Assembly: GCA_947427285.1 (NCBI GenBank)
Contig: CANEHE010000005.1
Span: 26,156 to 90,155 of the forward strand
Length of the DNA stretch: 64,000 nt
From: an uncultured Porphyromonadaceae bacterium
GTDB taxonomy: Bacteria > Bacteroidota > Bacteroidia > Bacteroidales > Muribaculaceae
Direction of reading: 5' to 3'
The position numbers and the translations under genes are program-made. Within the stretch, counting starts at the first letter, position 1. Every line of letters begins with the position of its first letter. This document shows, in pieces, positions 49,015 to 58,739 of this stretch. A model generated the notes under the pieces. The model ran no database searches. It had not been told where the DNA came from and saw nothing but the letters and a program-made list of their open reading frames with translations.

Positions 49015-49518
49015 ATGGAATTCAGAAAAATGCGTCGGTCCCGCCAACAACTCTCAAAAGCGGAATGTGACATAATACTTACTACCGCTACTTCAGGCAC
49101 ACTCGCGTTGCTCGGTGATGACGGATATCCATACGCAGTGCCTATCAGTCATGTGTATGCCGATGGCAAACTATATTTCCATAGTGCGTTGACAGGCCAC
49201 AAAATCGATGCCATAAGACATTACGACAAAGCCTCATTCTGTGTAATTTCTGCCGATAATGTACAGCCTTCAGAATTTACAACATATTTCAGAAGTGTAA
49301 TTGTATTCGGACGCATCCGAATCGTTGAATCAGAAGAAGAGAAGCTCCGTTCAGCAATCTTACTTGGCAACCGATTCAATCCCGTAGATACTGAGGGATT
49401 ACAAAAAGAAATAGAAAAAGGATTATCACGTATGCTTGTTTTCTATATGGATATTGAACATATATCGGGGAAAGAGGCTATTGAACTTGTGAAGACCAGA
49501 AATGATTATCTTTGTTGA
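49015..49518 (+). CDS. nim: Nim-family (5-nitroimidazole reductase-like, PNPOx fold) protein
   Basis: MRR.RQ.L, GDDGYPYAVP, YFHSA..GHK, PSEFTTYFRSVIVFG, HISGKEAIEL closely follow Bacteroides Nim proteins as I recall them. Confidence 0.85.
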   Translation: MEFRKMRRSRQQLSKAECDIILTTATSGTLALLGDDGYPYAVPISHVYADGKLYFHSALTGHKIDAIRHYDKASFCVISADNVQPSEFTTYFRSVIVFGRIRIVESEEEKLRSAILLGNRFNPVDTEGLQKEIEKGLSRMLVFYMDIEHISGKEAIELVKTRNDYLC

Positions 49519-49605
49519 GTGCAAAGGTAATCAGAGATTTTTGCTAACTTTGCACTATGGATTTACTTTCGCAACAGATAAATCCGCAGTCATAACCATA
49601 TTACG

Positions 49606-50163
49606 ATGAAACTTCCCATTTATCTCTACGGTCAGGGGGTGCTCCGTGAAGAGACAGAAGACATAACCCCCGACTACCCGGAACTTAAGAAACTTATAGC
49701 CGACATGTGGGAAACCATGTATGCCAGCGACGGTGTCGGTCTGGCTGCTCCCCAGATAGGTAAATCGATCAGTCTGATTGTGCTTGACGGGTCTGTTCTG
49801 TCAGATGATTTCCCGGAATGCGCCAATTCAAAAATGGTGCTGATCAACCCCGTACTTGAGGTTATAGAAGACCAGGCTCCGGTGTCCAGAGGAGAAGGAT
49901 GTCTGTCTCTGCCGGGATTATCCGAAAACGTAAGCCGGGTGGAGCATGTACGGCTCAATTGGCTTGATGAAAACTTTCAGGAGCACGAACAGGAATTTCA
50001 CGGCTTTCTCAGCCGAATCATGCAGCATGAATACGACCATCTGCTCGGTCTCGTCTATACAGACCACATCGCACCCATTCGAAAAGCCTTGATTCGCAGC
50101 AAACTAAACAATATAGCCAAAGGTAAAGTCCATTGCGATTACAAAGTCCTATCATCTCACTGA
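49606..50163 (+). CDS. def: Peptide deformylase
   Basis: GVGLAAPQIG, EGCLSLP, QHEYDHL. Confidence 0.96.
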   Translation: MKLPIYLYGQGVLREETEDITPDYPELKKLIADMWETMYASDGVGLAAPQIGKSISLIVLDGSVLSDDFPECANSKMVLINPVLEVIEDQAPVSRGEGCLSLPGLSENVSRVEHVRLNWLDENFQEHEQEFHGFLSRIMQHEYDHLLGLVYTDHIAPIRKALIRSKLNNIAKGKVHCDYKVLSSH

Positions 50164-50170
50164 CATTCCA

Positions 50171-50216
50171 ATAAAACAGAAGAGACACGCTTGAAAACGT
50201 GTCTCTTCTGTTTTAT
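50171..50216. terminator. Bidirectional intrinsic terminator
   Basis: ataaaacagaagagacacg / cgtgtctcttctgttttat 19-bp stem between convergent genes. Confidence 0.85.
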
Positions 50217-50235
50217 AATCTTGAAGAAATTCCTA

Positions 50236-50817
50236 TCATCCGATCTTGATTCCCGAGAAGCCCATGAAGGCCATCGCGAGAATACCTGCGCATACCAAAG
50301 CGATAGGTACACCTTTCATTCCCCGTGGAACAGCCGTTAGATCCAACTGCTCACGGATTCCTGCGAAAATCCAGAGTGCCAATGTAAATCCAAGAGATGT
50401 AGCGAATCCATAAGTGACAGACTCCATTAGATTGAAACCTTTCTGAATCACAAGAATGGCCACACCAAGCACAGCACAGTTGGTCGTGATCAATGGCAAA
50501 AACACTCCAAGAGACTGATACAAAGCCGGAGCGATCTTCTTCATCACAATCTCAAGCATCTGCACCAGAAAAGCTATCACCAGAATAAACACTATGGTCT
50601 GAAGATAACCAAGTTCAAGAGGATCAAGCACATAATATTGCAATAGCCACGCAACTACGGTGGCAAGGGTTATGACAAACGTCACGGCTGCTCCCATACC
50701 AAGAGCCGAACTGGTCTTTTTCGATACTCCAAGGAATGGACAGATACCAAGGAACTGTGCGAAAACGATATTGTTGATAAATATCGCCGTGATTATAATG
50801 GATAGATATGTAAGCAT
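50236..50817 (-). CDS. rnfA: Rnf complex subunit A
   Basis: FLGICPFLGVS, LPLITTNCAVLG. Confidence 0.94.
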   Translation of the reverse strand: MLTYLSIIITAIFINNIVFAQFLGICPFLGVSKKTSSALGMGAAVTFVITLATVVAWLLQYYVLDPLELGYLQTIVFILVIAFLVQMLEIVMKKIAPALYQSLGVFLPLITTNCAVLGVAILVIQKGFNLMESVTYGFATSLGFTLALWIFAGIREQLDLTAVPRGMKGVPIALVCAGILAMAFMGFSGIKIG

Positions 50818-50842
50818 CTTCTAATCTTTTTTGATTTGAAAG

Positions 50843-51436
50843 TCAACAGGAGGTCTTACGGATTCTGTTGACAATAGCTATCAGATAACCCAAAGCGAGG
50901 AAAGCACCGGGAGCAAGCACGAAAATGAGCATTCCGTAATCTTCCGGGAAAATCTCGGAGCCGAAAATTTTTCCTGTACCAAGTATCTCTCTTACTCCGC
51001 CAAGCAACGTAAGTGCGAATGTGAAACCGATTCCACACCCAAGACCGTCACATACGGAGTCTATCACAGGATTTTTACCGGCAAAAGCCTCTGCACGACC
51101 AAGAAGAATACAGTTCACTACAATCAGAGGAATAAAAATACCGAGAGAAGCGTTCAATGCCGGCATATACGCGCTGATTACCAACTGCAATGCGGTAACA
51201 AACGAAGCTATGACTACTATATATGCCGGTATCCGGACCTTGTCTGGCACCAGATTCTTTATCGCCGAAATAACCGCATTGGAGCATATCAGAACTGCGG
51301 CAGTGGCGACTCCCATCATCAGGCCATTCATAGCCGAGGAAGTGGTGCCAAGCGTAGCACACATACCCAGAAGCAACACAAACACCGGATTGCCTGGTAC
51401 TATTCCGTTATAAATAAGTTTCCAATAATTTTTCAT
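50843..51436 (-). CDS. rnfE: Rnf complex subunit E
   Basis: LLGMCATL, IPLIVVNCILLGRAE, APGAF. Confidence 0.94.
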   Translation of the reverse strand: MKNYWKLIYNGIVPGNPVFVLLLGMCATLGTTSSAMNGLMMGVATAAVLICSNAVISAIKNLVPDKVRIPAYIVVIASFVTALQLVISAYMPALNASLGIFIPLIVVNCILLGRAEAFAGKNPVIDSVCDGLGCGIGFTFALTLLGGVREILGTGKIFGSEIFPEDYGMLIFVLAPGAFLALGYLIAIVNRIRKTSC

Positions 51437-51474
51437 CTCTTTATAGGAAATTTTTACAAATGGGCAACTTCAAA

Positions 51475-52095
51475 TCAACTCTGCTGTTTCGCCGGAGCCA
51501 CCTCGACCCCTTGACTTTTTGCATAAGTAAGATAAGCGTCGTAAGCATCACGAAGAGTCTCCAGAAAAGCCCGTGACGAAATAGTGGCGGCAGTAATGGC
51601 ATCTATATCCCCCGAATCCTTGCTGACATAAAATGCCGTCTGAGAAGGATTCTTGTCCAACACACTTCTTGCACCGGCAGGGTCGCGAAACCATAACTGC
51701 ATTTTCGAACCGAGTCCAGGAGTCTCAGCCTGACTCAACACCTGATAGTCACGTACCGTACCGTCGAGAGTAAAACCAGCCATGACAATTATTTCCCCGG
51801 CAAAGCCATTCATGGAACCTCCCTTCACAGCAGCACCCTGAAGTTTACCACCTTTCATGGCGGGATAAACAATAAAGGGACGTCCATCTATATCGGTAGA
51901 CCATGCATCTGCCTCCGGATCGTTGTCAAATGGAGGCGCGACCTGCCGGATGGCTTCCACCTGCTGCTCCTTTTCCATTTTTGCTATCGGTTCCTTTGTG
52001 GCGGAATACACCGCACCGAGCAATGCTCCGGCAATCACTGTGATCGCACCGAGCGAAAGAATCATATTAGGTAGCGTAGACTGTAGCTTTTTCAT
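51475..52095 (-). CDS. rnfG: Rnf complex subunit G
   Basis: N-terminal TM, ETPGLG, DAITAATISS FMN-binding motif. Confidence 0.92.
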   Translation of the reverse strand: MKKLQSTLPNMILSLGAITVIAGALLGAVYSATKEPIAKMEKEQQVEAIRQVAPPFDNDPEADAWSTDIDGRPFIVYPAMKGGKLQGAAVKGGSMNGFAGEIIVMAGFTLDGTVRDYQVLSQAETPGLGSKMQLWFRDPAGARSVLDKNPSQTAFYVSKDSGDIDAITAATISSRAFLETLRDAYDAYLTYAKSQGVEVAPAKQQS

Positions 52096-52112
52096 TCTCT
52101 GAAAAATATCTT

Positions 52113-53105
52113 TTAAGCCTTGACAGCGGAAGTTTTCCGGCGTCCGAAAAGGCGGGGATGGCAATATCGGTTAATGATGGGGGTGAACGAGTTCATCAGA
52201 AGAATCGCAAAGGAAACTCCCTCCGGATATGATCCATAGCGGCGGATTACAATGGTGATAAACCCGATCATGAATCCATATATAATCTGCCCCTGACGTG
52301 TCATGGGCGAAGTGACATAGTCCGTAGCCATGAATACCGCTCCGAGCAAAAGTCCTCCCGCAAAAATATCAAGCACCGGATTTCCACCGAACGCCCATGA
52401 GAATAAAGCTGCGGAAGCTATCATTGATACCGGTATATGCCAAGTGATAACCTTGGTAATAAGAAGATATGCGAGACCGATCAGAATCGCCACCGACCCT
52501 ACTTCTCCCAGCGAACCGTTCATGTGCCCGATTGCCATGTCCATGAAATCAACATTGTCGAGGCCGATCTTGCCGTAGGAATAATCGTTAAGCGAAGCAA
52601 GCAATGTGGCTCCTGTGTTGGCGTCTGTCCCCGTGGCACCTGTGATGTGACCTATACCGGACGGTACATCCACCGGCCACGTGGTCATGGCTGCCGGGAA
52701 AGAGATCAGAAGGAATACACGTCCCACCAAGGCTGGATTCCAGATGTTGCAGCCCAGTCCTCCGAACGACATCTTTCCGATTCCGATAGCGACCACCGCT
52801 CCTATCACCACCATCCACCATGGAAGAATACTGGGAAGATTGAATGCCAACAGAATGCCTGTGATTATTGCTGATCCGTTGGAAAGGCTCAAGTGTCGAT
52901 GAAACAGAAATCGATCTATCAATCCCTCTGTGAGCAGACATGCCGCCACACTGATACCTATTACGAGCAGAGCCTGCAGACCGAAGGTCCATACGGCTAC
53001 AACCAACGCAGGGATAAGAGCTATTATGACATTCCACATGCAATGATCTATGCTATTGCGGGAATGAATATGCGGAGAGAGGGAAACGGTCAGTTTAGTG
53101 TCCAT
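52113..53105 (-). CDS. rnfD: Rnf complex subunit D
   Basis: SPH, FGGLG.NIWNPALVGR, TGAT, MATDYVTSP, EGVSFAILLMN. Confidence 0.94.
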   Translation of the reverse strand: MDTKLTVSLSPHIHSRNSIDHCMWNVIIALIPALVVAVWTFGLQALLVIGISVAACLLTEGLIDRFLFHRHLSLSNGSAIITGILLAFNLPSILPWWMVVIGAVVAIGIGKMSFGGLGCNIWNPALVGRVFLLISFPAAMTTWPVDVPSGIGHITGATGTDANTGATLLASLNDYSYGKIGLDNVDFMDMAIGHMNGSLGEVGSVAILIGLAYLLITKVITWHIPVSMIASAALFSWAFGGNPVLDIFAGGLLLGAVFMATDYVTSPMTRQGQIIYGFMIGFITIVIRRYGSYPEGVSFAILLMNSFTPIINRYCHPRLFGRRKTSAVKA

Positions 53106-53183
53106 TTGTAAAGCGGGATCTGACAGGATTATGTTAAATTTTAATTCACCAGAATATTAATCTCACAAAATATCGGCGAGTTA

Positions 53184-54521
53184 TTATTTTTTCGGGAGAT
53201 TACGTATTTCACGTTTGGCATAACGGATATAATCAAGAAGCGGACGATGCGAAGGACAGACATAAGAACAGCATCCGCATTCAAGACAACTCATCACATG
53301 CAGAGAGGTAATCTCTTCAAACCTCTTCGCTATGGATAGATTCATCATCTGATACGGTTCCAGTCCCATGGGGCATACCGAAACACATTTTGCGCACCTG
53401 ATGCATGGTTCTTCCTCATGCCTCTGGCTTATGGAGCGGGGAAGCACAAGTATTCCTGAAACCGCTTTGGTAGTAGGCGCGTCAAGATTGGCCATCGCCT
53501 TTCCCATCATCGGACCGCCCGCAATAACCTTTCCTGTGTTTTCAGGCAAACCTCCGGCCGCCTCGATAATAGTACGGATAGATGTGCCGAGTTTCACCAG
53601 ATAGTTACCAGGCTTCTTAAGTTCCGGACCGGTCACGGTGACTATTCTCTGTGTCAGAGGCCGACGGTTGTAAACCGCATCATATACAGCGTATGCCGTC
53701 GCCACATTGTCTACAACAGCACCTACGTCCACAGGGAGGGCACCTTCCGGCACCTGACGTCCTGTAATAGCCTCGATCAATTGCTTTTCCCCTCCTTGAG
53801 GATATTTCATTCTGAGTTTGACGACGGATATGTCATCCGAACCTTTCAGATACCTGCGGAAAGCAGCAATAGCCTGAGGTTTGTTGGCCTCGATGCCGAT
53901 GACCGCCTTCTCCACTCCCACAGCTTTCATTATCAACCGGCAACCGGCCACTATGTATTCGGGCCAACCGCACATCAACACCTCATCACATGTGAGATAC
54001 GGCTCGCACTCAGCTCCGTTGAGAATGACAATCTCCGCTTTCTTCCCTTCAGGAATAGATAGTTTGACGCGGGTAGGGAAGGTAGCACCGCCAAGCCCTA
54101 CCACACCGGCATTGCCGACAATATCAATAATCTCCTTTGGAGTCAGTGCGTCAACCTCTTCCTGTGTCCGGGGTGACAATGCCTCCTCAGCCTCATCGAC
54201 AGCAGTCTCTATTATTTCTGTAGCGATAATCACGGCTTCACGCCAGAAACCGGATATATCACGTAGCTTCTCTATGCGTTTGACCGTGCCTGCCACAGGG
54301 CTATGCACCGGAGCTGACACAAAAGCCGCAGCTTCTGCCACCATCTCTCCGGCGGAAACAGTCTGACCAGGCTTTACTATACATCTTGCGGGGACACCGA
54401 TGCTTTCAGCCAGTTCCAGACGTATTTCCGACGATACATCTGCCTTTATCATCGGGATGCCCGATGTAAGTTTATTGGGATCCGGGTGGATTCCACCCTT
54501 CCGGAAAGTCTTGAGTTTCAT
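53184..54521 (-). CDS. rnfC: Rnf complex subunit C
   Basis: GLGGATFPT, NGAECEPYLT, YPQGGEKQL, CIRCAKCVSVCP, CLECGCCSYVCP. Confidence 0.94.
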   Translation of the reverse strand: MKLKTFRKGGIHPDPNKLTSGIPMIKADVSSEIRLELAESIGVPARCIVKPGQTVSAGEMVAEAAAFVSAPVHSPVAGTVKRIEKLRDISGFWREAVIIATEIIETAVDEAEEALSPRTQEEVDALTPKEIIDIVGNAGVVGLGGATFPTRVKLSIPEGKKAEIVILNGAECEPYLTCDEVLMCGWPEYIVAGCRLIMKAVGVEKAVIGIEANKPQAIAAFRRYLKGSDDISVVKLRMKYPQGGEKQLIEAITGRQVPEGALPVDVGAVVDNVATAYAVYDAVYNRRPLTQRIVTVTGPELKKPGNYLVKLGTSIRTIIEAAGGLPENTGKVIAGGPMMGKAMANLDAPTTKAVSGILVLPRSISQRHEEEPCIRCAKCVSVCPMGLEPYQMMNLSIAKRFEEITSLHVMSCLECGCCSYVCPSHRPLLDYIRYAKREIRNLPKK

Positions 54522-55360
54522 GATTCAGCTTCTTTCTTTTCAGGGATAAGATTTCCATGATGCACAATGGAATGGCGCGGACAAGCCGCCTCACACTCCC
54601 CACATCCGACACATGCCTCCGGATTTATATGGGCCAGAAAATCCGTCACCTCCACAGCCTCATGTGTACATACACGCTTACATTTGCCACACCCTATACA
54701 GCTGACCGTACATTCTTTCATGGCCAGCGGGCCCTTGTCATGGTTCATGCATGCCACCCAGACAAGAGGCTTATCGGGAATATCCTCAACAAGTTCAAGC
54801 AGACCACGCGGACATGTCTTGACACATTTGCCACATCCGACACATTTTTCATAGTCGACAACAGCTATTCCACTCTTCGGATCAATATGCAAGGCATCAA
54901 ACATACATGAGGCCACACAGTCGCCACGTCCGAGACATCCATAGTTGCAATCTGTCTCTCCCTGATACAGGGCACCCTCCATAGCACATGAAGTGACACC
55001 GTCATAATTGTTGACAATCTGTCGTTCGCCACATCCGCCGTTGCAGCGCATCACCGCCACACGACGCACACCGGCTTTCGCCTCCAATCCGACAATGACC
55101 GAAATTTTGTCCATGATGTCTTTACCGGCTCCCGTGCAATTGAATCCATCAAGCGAATCTGTCTCGGCACAAGCTTTTGCAAAAGCCTGACATCCGGCAA
55201 ATCCACATCCGCCGCAGTTAGCTCCTGGAAGCAATTCCTCGATTTCGGCAATCTTGGGATTTTCATAGACATGGAATTTCTTAGCGACAAAATAAAGCAC
55301 AATTGCCGCCAGTGCTCCGATGATGCCCAGCACAATGATAGAGGTTGAAATCACACCCAT
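54518..55360 (-). CDS. rnfB: Rnf complex subunit B
   Basis: LPGANCGGCGFAGC and multiple 4Fe-4S motifs. Confidence 0.93.
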   Translation of the reverse strand: MGVISTSIIVLGIIGALAAIVLYFVAKKFHVYENPKIAEIEELLPGANCGGCGFAGCQAFAKACAETDSLDGFNCTGAGKDIMDKISVIVGLEAKAGVRRVAVMRCNGGCGERQIVNNYDGVTSCAMEGALYQGETDCNYGCLGRGDCVASCMFDALHIDPKSGIAVVDYEKCVGCGKCVKTCPRGLLELVEDIPDKPLVWVACMNHDKGPLAMKECTVSCIGCGKCKRVCTHEAVEVTDFLAHINPEACVGCGECEAACPRHSIVHHGNLIPEKKEAES

Positions 55361-55527
55361 ACTGAAGGTTGATGCAGGTTAGAGTATTAAAACAGCAATA
55401 CTTATTTTAACCCTCTGATTTAATGTTTGTTTGTAATGGTTAGTCGATCGAGGGGAGAGGGAGTTTGAAAATTCAGCACAAAGTTAGCGATTCGTTCCCA
55501 TTCACGCAAAAGATTCGACAGCTAAAA

Positions 55528-56007
55528 TCACTCACATTTCTCGATACTGAAACAAAATTCATGACGCACACGATCTCTCATAAGCCACAACAGTACAAAA
55601 AAGAATATCGTGGCTCCTATTCCCCCCATTGCGGCCGCAGCCTGCGAAGAAGTCAGCAACCATATCCCGGTCATGACAACCATCATAGCCACACAAGGCA
55701 CCACAGTAGCGAGGACAATCGCTTTCCTATGCATGCGCTCGGTACCAATCACTCTGACCTTTTCTCCCGCTTTGAATCTTTCCGCACGCTCTGTCGCAAT
55801 CTCAATCGCATTCTTATCAGCCTTTCCACTAATAGAACACAAAGCAGCAGCCGGACATCCGCCACATTCTCCTGCATCTGTCAGACGGACTGTAACAATA
55901 TTCCTCTCACGATTGACTTTAACCACTATACCATCGTGGAATATGTGATCAATATATTCTGTCTCATTCATTTCAATAAACTTTTCTGACTTACTCTGAT
56001 TAGACAA
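55528..56007 (-). CDS. rseC: SoxR-reducing system RseC family protein
   Basis: CGGCPAAALC motif plus two C-terminal TM helices, first gene of rnf operon. Confidence 0.85.
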   Translation of the reverse strand: MSNQSKSEKFIEMNETEYIDHIFHDGIVVKVNRERNIVTVRLTDAGECGGCPAAALCSISGKADKNAIEIATERAERFKAGEKVRVIGTERMHRKAIVLATVVPCVAMMVVMTGIWLLTSSQAAAAMGGIGATIFFFVLLWLMRDRVRHEFCFSIEKCE

Positions 56008-56158
56008 TAAGTATTAAAGAAACAAATTTAGACAAAATTCCCGATACACGCACAATTTTCATAGTAACCATTAATGTGTACGTATGCGGTTTTATTTGGT
56101 CAATATATAAACTTTAACTAACTTTGCAGCATATTTAAATACAAAGACTGCTAAAACA

Positions 56159-56251
56159 ATGATGAACAAGCCCGCATACTGCAATTGGTGGTGGCGTCAT
56201 ACGGATTTCCGATGGCACGGCTTGGTCATGTACCCACAGATACAATCTTAA
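56159..56251 (+). CDS. trpL: Trp attenuator leader peptide (30 aa, WWW)
   Basis: MMNKPAYCNWWWRHTDFRWHGLVMYPQIQS; promoter TTTG-N20-TAACTTTG at 56095-56126. Confidence 0.85.
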   Translation: MMNKPAYCNWWWRHTDFRWHGLVMYPQIQS

Positions 56252-56272
56252 CTTAAAAATCAAGATATATTA

Positions 56273-56318
56273 TGATACGCCATCGGTCTAAAAAACCAGA
56301 TGGCGTATCATATTTTAT
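56273..56318 (+). terminator. Attenuator terminator of trp leader
   Basis: tgatacgccatc / gatggcgtatca stem + tatttt; antiterminator ccgatggc (56209-16) pairs with gccatcgg (56279-86). Confidence 0.8.
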
Positions 56319-56341
56319 ACCACAAATAAAAACCAGTATCG

Positions 56342-57581
56342 ATGACAAAGAAAATTACTTTTCAATCAACAAACCACGGTAAATTGCCAATAGACCACAA
56401 CGGTTTTTATGGACAGTTCGGCGGATGTTTCGTACCCGAGAGACTCAAACCCAATCTCATAGAACTTGAAGAAGCATTCTACAATGCCCTTGCTGATCAT
56501 ACTTTCATCTCACAATATATCAGACTCCTAAAAGAATATTCAGGACGCCCGACACCTCTTTACCGAGCTGAAAATCTCAGTCGACTCTATGGCACAAACA
56601 TTTATCTCAAACGGGAAGACCTAAATCACACAGGAGCACACAAAATCAACAATGCCATAGGTATGGCGTTGCTTGCTAAGCGTATGGGTAAAAAGAGAAT
56701 AATTGCCGAAACAGGAGCAGGGCAACACGGAGTCGCCACCGCTACAGTCTGCGCTTTGACGGGACTCGACTGCACTGTATATATGGGAGCTACGGACGTT
56801 GAACGTCAACGATCCAATGTAGAGCGAATGACTATGCTCGGAGCCGAGGTAGTAAGCGTGATCTCAGGGAACGGTACACTTCAGGATGCTGTGGAGGCAG
56901 CTATGACAGAATGGATGAACAGAAAAGATGACACTTTCTATATGATAGGATCGGCTGTAGGGCCACATCCATTTCCGGAAATTGTAGCTCGATTCCAATC
57001 CGTGATAAGTAAGGAAATTTGCGATCAGATATATCCTTTAACAGGCAAACAAGCTCCTGATTACGTGATTGCCTGTGTGGGAGACGAAAGCAATGCGTCA
57101 GGAGCCTTTTATCATTACCTTGATAATCAAAATGTAAAACTGATAGCAGTGGAAGCGGCCGGACAAGTTATAGAATCCGGCAAACATGCACTTTCAATAT
57201 GCACCGGAAAAGAAACAATACTACACGGCGCACGTACTCTGTCCATAACAGATAGTCAAGGCAACGTAACCGAACCATATTCAATCTCAGCCGGACTCGA
57301 TTATCCTGGAGTGGGTCCCCTCATAGCATACCTCGCTTCAGAAAAACGTATACAATGCTTATGGGCTACAGACAATGAAGCTGTTGAAGCTGCTTTTCTA
57401 CTCGCCCGAACTGAAGGCATTATACCCGCTATGGAAAGCTCCCACGCTCTGGCAGCATTATCCAAAATGAATTTTATGAGCGATGATATAGTTCGTTGTT
57501 TGTCTATCGGGACGTGGGGACAAAGATCTGGATACTTTTCTCTCCTACAGCCACAAACCAGACATCATTATTGCCAAATAA
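56342..57581 (+). pseudogene. trpB: Tryptophan synthase beta chain, frameshifted and with altered PLP loop
   Basis: LNHTGAHKINN and AETGAGQHG intact; GGGSN reads GDESN; one extra base near 57494 shifts VVCLSGRGDKDLDT out of frame. Confidence 0.82.
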
Positions 57582-57621
57582 AGTTTTTTGACTAATTTTG
57601 TAATATAAAAATAAGACTACA

Positions 57622-58734
57622 ATGACTGAAATCAAAGATATTGTTTCCCAAACAGGCGATAATGCCGACGAGAAGCGAAAAATAGTGCTCAGCGGAATCC
57701 GGGCCACCGGAAATCTTCATCTCGGAAACTATTACGGTGCTCTGAGCAAATTTGTGAAGATGCAGGATGATTATGACTGTCGTTTCTTCATCGCCGACCT
57801 ACATGCTCTTACCACTCATCCCGACCCGAAGACCCTTCATGAGAATGTGAAGCAGATCCTTGCTGAATATCTGGCGGCAGGACTCGACCCCGATAAGAAC
57901 ATCCTTTATGTACAAAGCGACATACCCGAGATTTCAGAATTATATGTTTTAATGAACATGCACGTGGGCATCGGCGAACTGATGCGTACAGCTTCATTCA
58001 AAGATAAAGCCCGAAAAGCACTTGGCATCTCCACATCTGCATCCGACACGGAAGAAGAGATTGAAAAAGAGATAATCGGCAACCAGACAAACCGACGTGT
58101 CAATGCTGGCCTTCTGACATATCCCACTCTCATGGCGGTGGATATCCTTATCCATCACGCTGATTTCGTACCGGTAGGCAAAGATCAGGAGCAACATCTG
58201 GAGCTTACAAGGCGTTTTGCCCGTCGCTTCAACAGTTTCTATAAAACTGAATATTTCGGTGAACCTGTCAATTTCAATTTCGGCGACCATGCTGTAAAAG
58301 TACCGGGGCTCGATGGCTCAGGGAAGATGGGGAAAAGCGAAGGAAACTGCATATATCTCATCGATGACGAAAAAACTCTCCGTAAAAAGGTAATGAGAGC
58401 TGTGACCGACCAGGGGCCACAAGAACCCGGATCGAAACCGTCACAACCCGTAGAGAACCTGTTCACACTTCTCGACATTGTGTCTGAGCCGGAAGTAGCC
58501 AAGCACTTCCGCGACGCATACGCGGACTGTTCCATCCGATACGGAGATCTGAAAAAACAACTGGCTGAAGATATTCTCAAAGTCACTCTTCCGATACGTC
58601 AGCGTATACTTGACATACGTGACAATGATGAATATCTGTCTAAAGTAGTGCGCGACGGAGCCGAAAGGACACGCGAATATGCCTCCCGGACACTCCGGGA
58701 AGTACGGGAAATTATGGGATTGCGCAAAATCTGA
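57622..58734 (+). CDS. trpS: Tryptophan--tRNA ligase
   Basis: SGIRATGNLHLGNY (HIGH), VPVGKDQEQH, KMGKS. Confidence 0.96.
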   Translation: MTEIKDIVSQTGDNADEKRKIVLSGIRATGNLHLGNYYGALSKFVKMQDDYDCRFFIADLHALTTHPDPKTLHENVKQILAEYLAAGLDPDKNILYVQSDIPEISELYVLMNMHVGIGELMRTASFKDKARKALGISTSASDTEEEIEKEIIGNQTNRRVNAGLLTYPTLMAVDILIHHADFVPVGKDQEQHLELTRRFARRFNSFYKTEYFGEPVNFNFGDHAVKVPGLDGSGKMGKSEGNCIYLIDDEKTLRKKVMRAVTDQGPQEPGSKPSQPVENLFTLLDIVSEPEVAKHFRDAYADCSIRYGDLKKQLAEDILKVTLPIRQRILDIRDNDEYLSKVVRDGAERTREYASRTLREVREIMGLRKI

Positions 58735-58739
58735 CCATT

